Source: Schizosaccharomyces osmophilus (taxonomy: Eukaryota). Taken from it: 64,000 bases of DNA. Position 1 is the first letter of the stretch. The number at the start of each line of letters is the position of its first letter. Where the stretch lies: positions 1,922,001 through 1,986,000 of the forward strand of contig NC_079239.1 in NCBI RefSeq assembly GCF_027921745.1. Direction: 5' to 3'. Under the pieces are notes generated by a model, which did no database searches, had not been told where the DNA came from, and worked only from the letters and a program-made list of their open reading frames with translations. Both the position numbers and the translations under genes were made by a program. Of the stretch, positions 34,000 to 45,002 are shown piece by piece.

Positions 34000-35718
34000 T
34001 TAGGACTTTATATGCGTAGACTTTCGAGTCAATGGAAAGCGACGCACTGCTGAAGGTACCATCGTCATCATGGAGGTTTCTGATTGCAAAGATGATTTTC
34101 GAGGATTAGCCTCTCCCCTAGGATGATTCGCTTCAGGGTGATTCATAATGGTAAAATAATCAGACTCAGCTTCGGCGTCTTCATTCTGCGAGTTTGTAGA
34201 ATTTGAATTGGGTCGAGACATGCTTGCTCCATAGGTCACTGATGGCGTCCACGGCTCCGCATCATTCGAATAACTCGCTTTCGGGGATCCTGATGAGGAA
34301 GGAGTCTTGGATAAAGCTTCTTTTCCTTCAGCCATTATGCGTGCCTTAGAGTTTCCAGGACTTTGGTTTGGAACGACTTTACGAGAAAATCGATGATCAT
34401 AAGAGTTTCCTAATCCATCAAACGACTTCTTTAAAGATTGTTGAATTTGCACGAGTGACGAAGAGTGAAGAGAACGACGAGAACGACGATTCGTAAGTGA
34501 AAGCATATCCATGTTGTCTGAAGACATTGCACGGGCTTTCAAAGTGCTCGCAGGTGATTGTGTTACTTCACCGACATGGCTTTTCTGAGCTTCCGTAAAC
34601 GTAGCCATTGAAGAGCGCGGGGTAGGCATCGAATTGAGACGGTCTATGGACATCGTAAATGGTTGAGGATGCCTCAAACTGTTAGCTCCCTTATTTTTTA
34701 AAGGAACTGTGGTAGGACGCGCTGGCAAATCACAAGGAACGCGATGATTTGCTAGCGATGCTGGAAGTTGAATATGCGAAAGTAAAATACTTATAGTATG
34801 CATGTATGGAGTCTTTACATCATGATCAGCAGCTAACTGAACCAAATATCGCAAACTTGACACATACTCCATAGGTTTATGCTGGATATATTCCTTGTAC
34901 ATGGGGTTCGCTGAAGCATGCGCCAGGAACTCCCGCTGTTTTGAAATCCTTTTAATGTCGATAGATCCATGAAAAGCATTAGCAATGGAATCTAACTCTA
35001 ATAGGACCCCTCTGTGGAGGTCAAAAATTTCCTGTTGCTGTAAAAGCTTAGCTGCGTTTGGAGTCTGCGTTAGGACGGTCAAGGGAAACAAGGAAATAGG
35101 AAAAGCTAAATCATCTAATTGAAATAGAATAAGTGAATCCACTATTTCGCACATGATTCCTCCGTTAGTCAAGATGTTTGTCAAAAGGTCTAATTTATCA
35201 TAGTGGGCAGAGCGTCCGAATTTGCTTAAGTATAAAGGGGTGCTTTCTCCGTGATGAAATTCATTGGCATCTCTTTGGACAATTCCAGAGTGAAATGAAA
35301 AGGGATAAACAGGATTCTCTGGAAAATGCTTTAGGAAAGTTTCTTCAATCCCAATCGATCCAGTCGTGTTGTAGACAATACAAGTATGTCCCTTGGACAC
35401 AACTGGCTCAATGACAGATGGCAAATCAAACGTATAAGGGCAAGGCTTGATAGAAACAAGAATATAATCAAACACCTTTCCTTCATTCGCGAGATCAATG
35501 ATTTTGTTAGCACGATAAGTGGGTCGATATTTTCGAACGCCAAAGGGCTTCGAATGAATCGTAAGTGGAGATATTGGGGCATCAGGAACATTGAAAAATA
35601 AAATCGTTTCCTGACAAGCAGCCGATGTACTTTGTTGAAGCCTCCAGCCTAGCAAGGTAGTGATAGCCGGGTTTCCGATGCAAAGAACACTGATGCATGG
35701 CTTTTTTCCTGGCTCCAT
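34000..35718 (-). CDS. Ketopantoate-reductase-like protein (Svl3/Pam1-like) with a Ser-rich disordered tail, 572 aa
   Basis: N-terminal degenerate Rossmann segment (VLCIGNPAI..LGWRL, FDYILVSIK). Recalled synteny with SPAC24B11.07c. Confidence 0.7.
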   Translation of the reverse strand: MEPGKKPCISVLCIGNPAITTLLGWRLQQSTSAACQETILFFNVPDAPISPLTIHSKPFGVRKYRPTYRANKIIDLANEGKVFDYILVSIKPCPYTFDLPSVIEPVVSKGHTCIVYNTTGSIGIEETFLKHFPENPVYPFSFHSGIVQRDANEFHHGESTPLYLSKFGRSAHYDKLDLLTNILTNGGIMCEIVDSLILFQLDDLAFPISLFPLTVLTQTPNAAKLLQQQEIFDLHRGVLLELDSIANAFHGSIDIKRISKQREFLAHASANPMYKEYIQHKPMEYVSSLRYLVQLAADHDVKTPYMHTISILLSHIQLPASLANHRVPCDLPARPTTVPLKNKGANSLRHPQPFTMSIDRLNSMPTPRSSMATFTEAQKSHVGEVTQSPASTLKARAMSSDNMDMLSLTNRRSRRSLHSSSLVQIQQSLKKSFDGLGNSYDHRFSRKVVPNQSPGNSKARIMAEGKEALSKTPSSSGSPKASYSNDAEPWTPSVTYGASMSRPNSNSTNSQNEDAEAESDYFTIMNHPEANHPRGEANPRKSSLQSETSMMTMVPSAVRRFPLTRKSTHIKS

Positions 35719-36890
35719 TATAAGTTCACAAATGAGACAATAGAATCTATAGATAAATTAAATGATTAAAGAGATTTTTAAAAAGAATGAAATAAAGTAA
35801 TAAATTATAGCAGTGGTTTGACAGAAGTAATGAGGCGATAGATTCAAATAATTCAATAAAAATGATACATCCGAAAAGTTTAAGAATAAGAATAGGGATA
35901 TTCAATCAATCGTTCTAACCTCAAATGCAATTTCTTTTTCCACCCAAGCAAAGATCCTGTATTTTATATTTAAATCAGTCGTTACGTGAAAAATGGTAAA
36001 AATACAGCCAAATAGGAGGATTCCAAAGAAAATCAGTCTATTTAAAGCCACTTCCTTCCCCAAATTACTATTTATCAGAATAATTGCCTTTCAAAGTGAA
36101 ATGTTAAGGGCGCTTTAACGTTGAGCAAAAAGTCAGTGTACTCGGAAGGAGAAATCCTTTGAGGTGTAATAAACATACCAAAAAGTAGTCTATACTATGA
36201 TATTATCTTGACCATTGAAAATGTTATAATCTTACCAAATATTACGGACATTAATTGCACTAGTGAGTATATATTGTTCTATATTGTTAGTTCAGACAAA
36301 TCAGCCAAGGGGAATATAAATTCATTGAACAAGAGAATTCGATGGTTCATGAGTTAAATCTGGTATTTTTATATTACAATAGAGTTAAAATACATAAATA
36401 TAGCAGCTAGACCGTTTCTACTATTCCAGCTTAATACCTGTTTATCAATTCTTCATTGTCAATTAAGTGAATATTTAGAGTTTAAAAAATCAAATGATTT
36501 CCTAACTCGTACAAGGCTTCAGCATTTCATGCTTCATATTTCATTCGACTCATGCTCAAAGTATAATGCCTGGGACACAATGAACACGTATATTTCGTTC
36601 AAAATTCTACTTGCAACGTACCACTACGTATTCGTATTGTTTGTGAATATGCAAATAAATCTCTAAAGCAGTAATACAGGAGAGTCAGGAAATAGTACGG
36701 TAATATGCAGGGGAGATGAATTCTCCTACTCACATGAAAAAGAAATAATAGCTCTCAGTACATTTCAAGGTTCTTTCGATAACTATTAATCGTCTTTTTC
36801 ACAGTCAGTAGTAGGCTCGTGAGAGCTAATGTCATACAATGAATTTTTTGGAACTCTTTTCGATTCCAAGCTTATAATTTGTATAAAAGC

Positions 36891-38078
36891 TTATGTCTTT
36901 TTGAGCTTTTTGGCTTCATACAGACCACGGTCAATAAAGGCTGCTAAAGTAACACATCCACCTAAAAGAGAGAGAACATTTGTCAAAAAACCACCAAGAG
37001 TATTTCCTTGGATTTGACGATGGATTACACGCATCGGACCAATATCGATGTGGAACCAGATGCCGGGAATGCCACCTTTGAAATTAATGTGAGAGGGAAG
37101 TTTCTCTTCGGGGCCACCTTGGATTGGTCGTTCATGTTGTGTCACGGCATAACGATTTGTATCAATTGTTTCCATATCGGATTTTAAAAAGACAAACTGA
37201 TGAGACACACATTTAATAAAGTACTCGTATCTGTAGTCGGGACTATTTATTTTTTTTACCATATTGTCTAAAGGATTTTTTGTAGTAATAGAAGGATCAA
37301 GAGGAGGACCAAAGCTTAATTCATGAATTGTATGGCTCATATCATGCATGTCCTTTTCTTTTACAAAGTCCTGTGTATCGTGTAGATGCTGCATACCTCT
37401 TTGAAACGAACGACCAGGAGCAATGTGAAAGTTACCGGCCATGCGGTTCACGAATAATTGGCCTGCCAGATTGCAGCCCTCTACTTTTTGAGATTCGTAA
37501 TTTTCTTTGAAATGTTCTTCTCTGCATTGTTTAAATGCATCCACGTCGCCAATACCCCAATTAGCTTTACCGTATGCTTCACGTACCGCATTGCATGTAT
37601 TGCAGCAACCCGGAGTTTCAGGAGGAGCATATTTAACAGCTCCATAACAATCACCGCATGTTTCTTCTTCTGGTGTAGTATTCAAAGGATCGTCGTCGTT
37701 CTCCTGATTGTTCAGCAGTAGGTTGTCAACGGAAATAACTTCTCCATCAGGGGACAACCTGGTTTTAGAAACAGAGTGTTGGACATCTTGCTGAAATTCG
37801 CCGCTAATATCCAAAACGTCCACGCTTAAAAGTTGGCAAGGAATCTTTGGAACGGTGATGTTAAAGTTGATTTCCATGCGTTCACCATGAGACGGATTTA
37901 CGACAATTTCTGGAACAACGACCACTTTACGATACTGAATCCATTCTAAAAGGATTACAAAAAGGACAATGCCTGACGAGATTAGCGTAATAAGACCACC
38001 ACTAGCAGTTTTGATACGAGCGTCTTCTACGGTCTTTTGAAAGAAGTCAAATTTGCGAAGAGGAGACCGGAAAGCCAT
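36891..38078 (-). CDS. erv46: COPII vesicle protein Erv46 (ERGIC3), 395 aa
   Basis: LRKFDFFQKTVEDARIKTASGG, CGDCYGA, CCNTC, EGCNLAG, GNFHIAPG, two TMs and a C-terminal dilysine signal. Confidence 0.95.
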   Translation of the reverse strand: MAFRSPLRKFDFFQKTVEDARIKTASGGLITLISSGIVLFVILLEWIQYRKVVVVPEIVVNPSHGERMEINFNITVPKIPCQLLSVDVLDISGEFQQDVQHSVSKTRLSPDGEVISVDNLLLNNQENDDDPLNTTPEEETCGDCYGAVKYAPPETPGCCNTCNAVREAYGKANWGIGDVDAFKQCREEHFKENYESQKVEGCNLAGQLFVNRMAGNFHIAPGRSFQRGMQHLHDTQDFVKEKDMHDMSHTIHELSFGPPLDPSITTKNPLDNMVKKINSPDYRYEYFIKCVSHQFVFLKSDMETIDTNRYAVTQHERPIQGGPEEKLPSHINFKGGIPGIWFHIDIGPMRVIHRQIQGNTLGGFLTNVLSLLGGCVTLAAFIDRGLYEAKKLKKT

Positions 38079-40106
38079 TATCAGGAACCACTTTTGTATA
38101 AGAATGTGCCAGGATATAAAAAGCAGGAAAAGAAGGTATCACTAAGTGTCACGAAAAAAACGAACAGAAACTTTCAAAGAGGGTAGAAAAACGTATTCAA
38201 ACTTCAGAAAAGTTAACTCTTAACAAAAAAACAAGAAAATAATCCCGAAAACTGAGTACATGGGTGTAGCAAACCGCAATTGAACTAGATATATGCCAAT
38301 AGCGAAAGGAAAGTACGACGGTAACAGCAGAATCCTACCGGATGTATGGGACAGATCAGTCTATAAACAAACAGTGAAAGGATGAATCTTTTTTTATTTT
38401 CATTTTCGAAATTATTAAAGAAAAATGTGAGAAAAAAAGTTGGTACTCAAAAGATCCTTACCCATTTTCAGTGGAGAATCAGGCGCTGTAAACAACAAGA
38501 AAGCTATAATGTGCGGTCAAGAGACTAAGAACTACATTTACTTTGATTATTTTGAACGATTTAGGACCTTAGCCTTTTTTTATTTGTAAAATAAGTACTA
38601 GGGATTCTCAACATATTGAGAATCCATTCACATCCAGAAGCAACATTTTCCAAAGTCATCGTCTAAGAACGAACATGTTTTATTGACATATTGAAGTTAG
38701 ACATAAAGCTAAGAAGAGCATGAATACTCAATGCATCTTTTTCCTCTTATTTTTTCTCTACGTTCGCTTGTTTATTTACATAAGTAACGTTTTCAAGCAT
38801 GATACTTAATATCGTATTCATAACCTCCGTAGTATGTATTTTTCGAATTTCGCCTGCTTTCTCTTTGTAAATAAACAAGATAGATTCCATTTTTTATTTT
38901 CCTTTTATTTTTAAAATGATTTTTCGGATTCCTTGTCTTTTGAGACCTACACGTCGTTGAATGCACTTTGTTTCAAGACACCCCTCTCTCGCTCTTTCTT
39001 CCTTCCGTTTGCCCACTACCAGTTTTAGGAACACTCTTTTTAGCATTGGAAGAATTGTAAGAGAAAAGTAAACATTTAAACAATTGTTGAATCAATTATT
39101 TCTCATCTGAAGAGCACACGCCAGTCTCTATTTCTTTCACCGATCGACGCGTTTTTTTTCTATAATTCGACGCGACTTTCAAGCAAGCCACGGATTCCCT
39201 TTTTCATATGGTTGATTCTCTCTTTAGACACTACGCATTCTAGTCTATTTAACAAAACCAAACTCTTGCGACTTTATTTGGCCTTTCACTACTTCGAAGT
39301 CGAAATTTTTTTCAACAATTCTTTCAATTTTTCTAAGTAAAGTCTTCTTTTGAGTATCTCTTTCTCTATCTCTCGTTGAACGTTAAGAATAATTGTTGTG
39401 CACTTTTATTTCTTTATTTTTCTTTTTGTTGGATTTTTCTTACGAAATAGTTACGTGAACATTTATCCTCGTTAAACATCGAAGCTTACATATTATCGCC
39501 TTCTTTGTTGGAGATCGCACGAGCCTACGGACTTAACCAGCCATACATATCCGTAATCTCGAAGCTCGTTTAAAAAGAGGGTTACATTGGAACAATCAGC
39601 GGACGTATCAACGACGACCTTGAACCAGTTTCTTTTGTTTTTATTCGTTGGCTTTTCTTACATACAAACAATCCAAGCCTTCTTTTTAATTGCGTTAACC
39701 AATCCTTGGCGTCTATTTAAACTGAACGTTTCTTATATTGTGGTAGATCAGTTGTGGTGTCATCATTTTCTTCATCTAAATTGGAGAGTTCACACGACTT
39801 CGAATATTTTAACCACAAAATTTCATCTTGTTCTTTTCCAGATTCTTTTCAATTTACAATTGTTTTTATTTTTGCTCTTTACGGTTGAAAGTCTGCTCGT
39901 AAATATTTCAGCATTTCTTATTATTAAGTTGTCGCGCTCTATTACCTTCACAAAGTTGACAAGTACCAAATATAATTTTTTGTGACTTTGATTTTCTGTC
40001 AACCGTTTGACTAAAAGGTTAGGTTATTAATTCTCGAAACTTTCTTTCTTTCGCCACTCTTTATCTCATATTCTCTAAGTCGAGATTTTTTTTCACCCAG
40101 TATAAA

Positions 40107-40451
40107 ATGTTTCGTGCAAATTTTTCGAAGTTTTGGAATCACCCAGCTGGCCCTAAAACAGTCCATTTTTGGGCTCCTGCTATGAAATGGACATTGGTTT
40201 TGTCAGGTATTAGCGATTATACCCGTCCACCTCAATACCTTTCCGCTCGCCAGTACGGTGCTTTGGCCGCTACCGGTACAATCTGGACTCGGTGGTCTTT
40301 GGTTGTACGCCCTAAAAATTATTTCAACGCGACGGTCAACTTCTTTCTGGCCATCGTAGGCAGCATTCAACTTTCAAGGATTTACGTGTATAACCAGCAA
40401 CAAAAGCGCATTACAGCAAATGCTGAAGCACAAAAACAAAATATCGCTTAA
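40107..40451 (+). CDS. mpc2: Mitochondrial pyruvate carrier subunit 2, 114 aa
   Basis: FWNHPAGPKTVHFWAPAMKW, ATGTIWTRWS, PKNY. Confidence 0.95.
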   Translation: MFRANFSKFWNHPAGPKTVHFWAPAMKWTLVLSGISDYTRPPQYLSARQYGALAATGTIWTRWSLVVRPKNYFNATVNFFLAIVGSIQLSRIYVYNQQQKRITANAEAQKQNIA

Positions 40452-41579
40452 TGATTTTCAATTAAGTAAAAATATGAAGACAAGTAATTTAGAAAGCTCA
40501 TTTTCCGTTTATCTTTTATCATGACTATTTTATCGTTTGTGTTTTGTGCCGCAATGGATTTTATGATGCCTGGTTAACTTTTTTGTTCGAGGCTTTTTGT
40601 GTTTTCTTCTCTTACTTTGGAAGCCTTCTTAAAAGTAGGAGCTACCCTTTTTTCTCTCGACCATTCAGGGTACGAAAATTGAATTGCTTATTTAAAACTT
40701 TGTCCTTCGTCCTTTATCCTTGAAAAAAACTTTTTAGGGTGAGTCAGAAAGAAAAAGAAACCAAATGAGTTGAATTGTAATGGCTACGTTTGATTTCTCC
40801 ATTTCTTATCCCTTGAAAGTTTGTTTTGTCTATTTTCTCGTTCTGACTTCATTGTGCATTTTATTTATGCATTTATCTCCCTACGAGTACGCTTTCGTTT
40901 TTCTTTTTTTATTAAAAGTCCATCCTTTTATCTTAATTTCTGCCATTACTTGCATCGTAATGCTCAAATTGAACGACTGATTAAAATGAAGTATATTGCA
41001 TGGCAAAGTATGCTACTCCTCTCCGCTTTTAATGTCTGAATGCTACTTTTGTTAGTCGAAATGAGATAATGACTTAGTATACGTGTTAATATACTATGTT
41101 TCCTCTATGCTTTTGCTTTAAGAAACCGAACAAGGATTCTTTGATTATGAACAGATATTACTAATGAGTGCAATAAAAAAGAATTACCAACAATCTGTAT
41201 TTGCAATAACAAATAACTATCTTAAATGTTTCTCTAAGGTTGCACATAATGCTTAGAATTTCGTCTTATTATGAAATCTATTCAAGACTTATTTCAGTAT
41301 CTAAGTTATTGTATACTAAACAACGAGCAAAAAAAATCATCAAATGCTATCACAATAAAAAACAAAAAATCTCAAAAAATAAGGATCGACTAAAATCGAC
41401 TGGTTAAAGCAACATCGGGGAATTAACAAACCTTGAAACGAAAGTGAAGAAAATAAAAAATGTCGAAAAATGAAGGTTAAGTATAATTTACATAAGCAGA
41501 AGTAATTGATAAGACCAGTCTTTGACACTGCAGTCATACAAAATTCAAGCTAACAAGCAAGGCCTTTCGGCGCGACCTT

Positions 41580-44183
41580 TCACATAATAATGCACTGTTC
41601 GTCTTGCTTTTTGCTATTCTTCTTTGGTTGTGATTTCTTAGTAGACAGCGATTGTTCTTCTAAGCGTTTCTGAGCCTTCACAAAACCTTGCTTAGCGGCT
41701 CTTATATACCAATTATGGGCAGCAGCAGGATCAGCGGCAATGCCAATGCCATGTTCCATCATGAAGCCTACTGCAAACTGAGCTTGGGCTAGACCTTTGA
41801 CAGCAGCCTTATGAGCCCAGAGAAGGGCTTCTTCATTATTTTTAGGAAGGATTTCTTCCGCTCCTGTTAAGTACCATCCAGATAAGCCCAATTCTGCTTC
41901 TCCGTAGTCTTGCTCAGCTGCTCTTGTATACCAAAAAATACTACGCCTTGGTGCGGGAACACAATCCAACAATCCATGCTCAAAGCATTCTCCCAATTTG
42001 CATTGAGCTGCAGGCAAGCCATAGGAAGCAGATAGCTTGTAAAGCTCAAATTTTCTTTCCGGAGATACGGATACATTAAAGCGCTTGGTGTGATCGTAAA
42101 TTTTGGCCAATTCATACATCGCACGTACCGCTTCAGGTCTCTTTGTCTCACAAGCGCGTTCCAAATACTGTAAACCAAGAGGTACATCAATCTTTTGACT
42201 CAACAAACCATTCAAGTAAATCAGACCCATTCGAAACATAGCCTCAACAATATCCATTTCGGCTGCTTTTCTATATAGAAGCACACTCTTGCGAGCATCT
42301 GGTCTCACACCAATACCTGTTTGAAGGCAAACGGCGGCTCGATAGGTTCCAAGCGAATGCCCTTTCTTTGAAGACAGGCCGTAAAGCTCAAATGCCTTTT
42401 GTGCATCACGCGGGAATCCCAACACACCTTGACTATAAAACTGACCAATTAAAAAGAGTGCTTCAGCAACAGAATCTTGCGTTCTGTTAGGAAAGGCATG
42501 TTTCTTTAGTATTTCTATTGCTCTCGTCCGATAGACCGCTATCCTTGTATTGTAAGTAGCTTGGTCAGGGGCCAAAGAGGATTTATTTTCCAAAGTCTCA
42601 AGAGCATTTAAATATAATTTTGCTAATTCAACTTCTTCTAAAGGATTCGCAACTCTACCTTTCCGCAAATTCTGTTCTGCAACCATCACATCAGCATGAG
42701 AGACATTTTTCGGGGGAGGAATTAAAAGTTTGTCATCAGGATGACAAGGTATAGCATCGCTGTCTAATTTCGAGTTATCCATCTCTAGAACAGCAGGGGA
42801 AGACAAATTGTTGTTAGGCATCCCACTAAAAATATCTTCCATCTCTTTTGTACTAACCGCTGGATTAGAATTGTTATCTTTCGTGCCAATTCTATTTGGT
42901 GAACCTTGAGGACTCATCATGGAACTGCCCACAGGAGTGCTTTCCGCTCGAGCAATAGGAGCAATAGGAGCGGGGGAAGGCGGAGTGTTGTGTACTGCTG
43001 GGATGGGCATATTGATAGGATTGGATTCCAAAGGAGAAGGGCTTTGGTTAAAACGAACAGGTCCTCGTCGTGATATGTCTTGCCGTCCTCCTTTCGCGGA
43101 TTCTGGGACATGGTTATTCCTGAAAACATTTTGCTGTTCAGTTGAAAGAATTGGAGGTATAGGACGGATGGGTTCAGCAGTGGAGGGTAACATAGAACTT
43201 TGGCTACTAGGATAACGGGGTTGAGAGAATGGAACTTTCTTGTTCTTGCGATATAAGTTCTGAGTATTGAGATCGGAATCTGAATTCAAATTTGCATTGC
43301 TGGAGCCTACCTCGAAGGGTTTCGAAGCTTCACTTGGTAGACTAGGTAATTGAGCTAATTCAGCAAAGGATCGAACATCAGGTTCCACATCAGAAGACGC
43401 ATTGGACGGAGTGTATGACGCGGCATCTAAGTTTGCGTCTTCATCCAGCTCTGAATATCGTTCAGAGATTTCATTTTCTTCTGAAATATTATCTCTGGAA
43501 ACGGTTTGATCATCATCATAATAGTTGTCCAAGAAATTGTCAAAACCACCATAAGGTATGTAACTTACTCGACGTGTAGGCCGAGAGATAGAATTGACCC
43601 GGGGAGGAGGCATATATTTCTCCTTCCTTTTAGGGTCTTCGGGATTAAATTTTGGTTGTACGATACGGGGAGCAGGTCGTATAATCTTCAAAGGCATATC
43701 TTGTCTTGCAGCCTCCAAGCCCTTCTCATTTTTACTTTTACTAGTAGGAGGAGCAACTGAGTTCTGGGAGACCGCTTTATTATTTATTTGTACTTGGGGA
43801 ATTGCAGTAGCTGGGCTTGTTATTCTCGTTTTGCCTTTAGACGCATCCACAGGTTCCTCTTCGTTGCTTTTCTGTGGGTTCGGAGGTTTAGCTGCTTCCA
43901 TAGGCTTCATTACCGGTCGTTTCACTGCTTTTTTCTCATTTGGGGAAATACCTCTTGTTACATCGAATCGATTGGATACATTGCTTCCTATCGGCGGCGT
44001 TGGATCCTTGCTCAAAGTAGGATATCTTGATGTCGGGCGAAACAACAACGATGATCCAGCTGAACTGGCATTGCCTCTTGCACGGAACATAGCAGGCAGT
44101 CCCTCTGCTCTTGCACTCAGCCGCGGGCTATCAGCCAGCTTTTCATGATTTGGCTGCTTCCTAAAATTTAGGTATCCTTGCAT
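41580..44183 (-). CDS. cfh1: SEL1-repeat chitin synthase regulator (Chs4/Skt5 family) with a CAAX box
   Basis: Pro/Ser-rich N-terminus, SEL1 repeats (AQCKLGECFEHG, SIFWYTRAAEQ, LSGWYLTG) and C-terminal CIIM. First ATG at 44183. The symbol rests on recalled synteny (cfh1/chr3). Confidence 0.88.
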   Translation of the reverse strand: MQGYLNFRKQPNHEKLADSPRLSARAEGLPAMFRARGNASSAGSSLLFRPTSRYPTLSKDPTPPIGSNVSNRFDVTRGISPNEKKAVKRPVMKPMEAAKPPNPQKSNEEEPVDASKGKTRITSPATAIPQVQINNKAVSQNSVAPPTSKSKNEKGLEAARQDMPLKIIRPAPRIVQPKFNPEDPKRKEKYMPPPRVNSISRPTRRVSYIPYGGFDNFLDNYYDDDQTVSRDNISEENEISERYSELDEDANLDAASYTPSNASSDVEPDVRSFAELAQLPSLPSEASKPFEVGSSNANLNSDSDLNTQNLYRKNKKVPFSQPRYPSSQSSMLPSTAEPIRPIPPILSTEQQNVFRNNHVPESAKGGRQDISRRGPVRFNQSPSPLESNPINMPIPAVHNTPPSPAPIAPIARAESTPVGSSMMSPQGSPNRIGTKDNNSNPAVSTKEMEDIFSGMPNNNLSSPAVLEMDNSKLDSDAIPCHPDDKLLIPPPKNVSHADVMVAEQNLRKGRVANPLEEVELAKLYLNALETLENKSSLAPDQATYNTRIAVYRTRAIEILKKHAFPNRTQDSVAEALFLIGQFYSQGVLGFPRDAQKAFELYGLSSKKGHSLGTYRAAVCLQTGIGVRPDARKSVLLYRKAAEMDIVEAMFRMGLIYLNGLLSQKIDVPLGLQYLERACETKRPEAVRAMYELAKIYDHTKRFNVSVSPERKFELYKLSASYGLPAAQCKLGECFEHGLLDCVPAPRRSIFWYTRAAEQDYGEAELGLSGWYLTGAEEILPKNNEEALLWAHKAAVKGLAQAQFAVGFMMEHGIGIAADPAAAHNWYIRAAKQGFVKAQKRLEEQSLSTKKSQPKKNSKKQDEQCIIM

Positions 44184-45002
44184 AAAGGATATTATACAAG
44201 TTGGTAAATAGCAATTGAAGTGAACAGAAGAACAGTGGGATTTACTAGTTGAGATCAAACCAGTCAAAATCTAATCCAAGAGGGCTGGTGAATAGTGATA
44301 CGCTGCGCCGCTTAAAACGTAAAGTGCTAAGCACATGCTTCTTTTGAATTGATTCATGAAATAGGAAGTCTTAGTTTTTCTTTCGTTTTATTTTATTTTC
44401 TTTTGGAAATCATTCTTCCATGGTTTTCATTAGTCCGAACGGATTTCCTAATGGACACGTTTTCATGTGATGGTCCTCTTCAACTAACACCTTTCTAGTG
44501 ATTCATATTAGATTAGGGTGTTGGAAACAACATTGCCTTTTTCGTAGTTTTAAGGGTTTCAAGCTTTATAAATGATGTTCTCATTAACCTAAACATAGAC
44601 GAGTATTCACCTTTGAAGCCTTCAAATAAATTTTATTTCATTTTCGTGGGTCTGCGTTTTTTATTTTCTCGGTTTTCCTAAAATTAATTCAAATCATATA
44701 TTAAGGATAAGTTTCTTGAAAGTGAAAAAAAGCATAACAAGTAATTTGACTCTTTGAATCACATGCAATTAGTAAAAAAGTTGATGTTTAAAACAAAACA
44801 AAACAAAATGCAATCATGCATCCAAAGCATGATATCGCGAAGTGGGGTTCCAAAACTCCTAAAAATTCATTTCATCAACTTTAATACGGGCATTACACTC
44901 ATAAAATCCAGCTCCATAAATAATTCAAGCAATAACATTGCTTGCTCCATTTGATGTTCCCAGAATATGCCTTCCATAAAATAACAACATTTCAAAGGCA
45001 AT

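Noticed and set aside
39587..39985. 132-aa hydrophobic ORF upstream of mpc2
   Set aside because: Starts at TTG, and its Phe/Leu richness reflects T-rich leader sequence; no recognisable domain.
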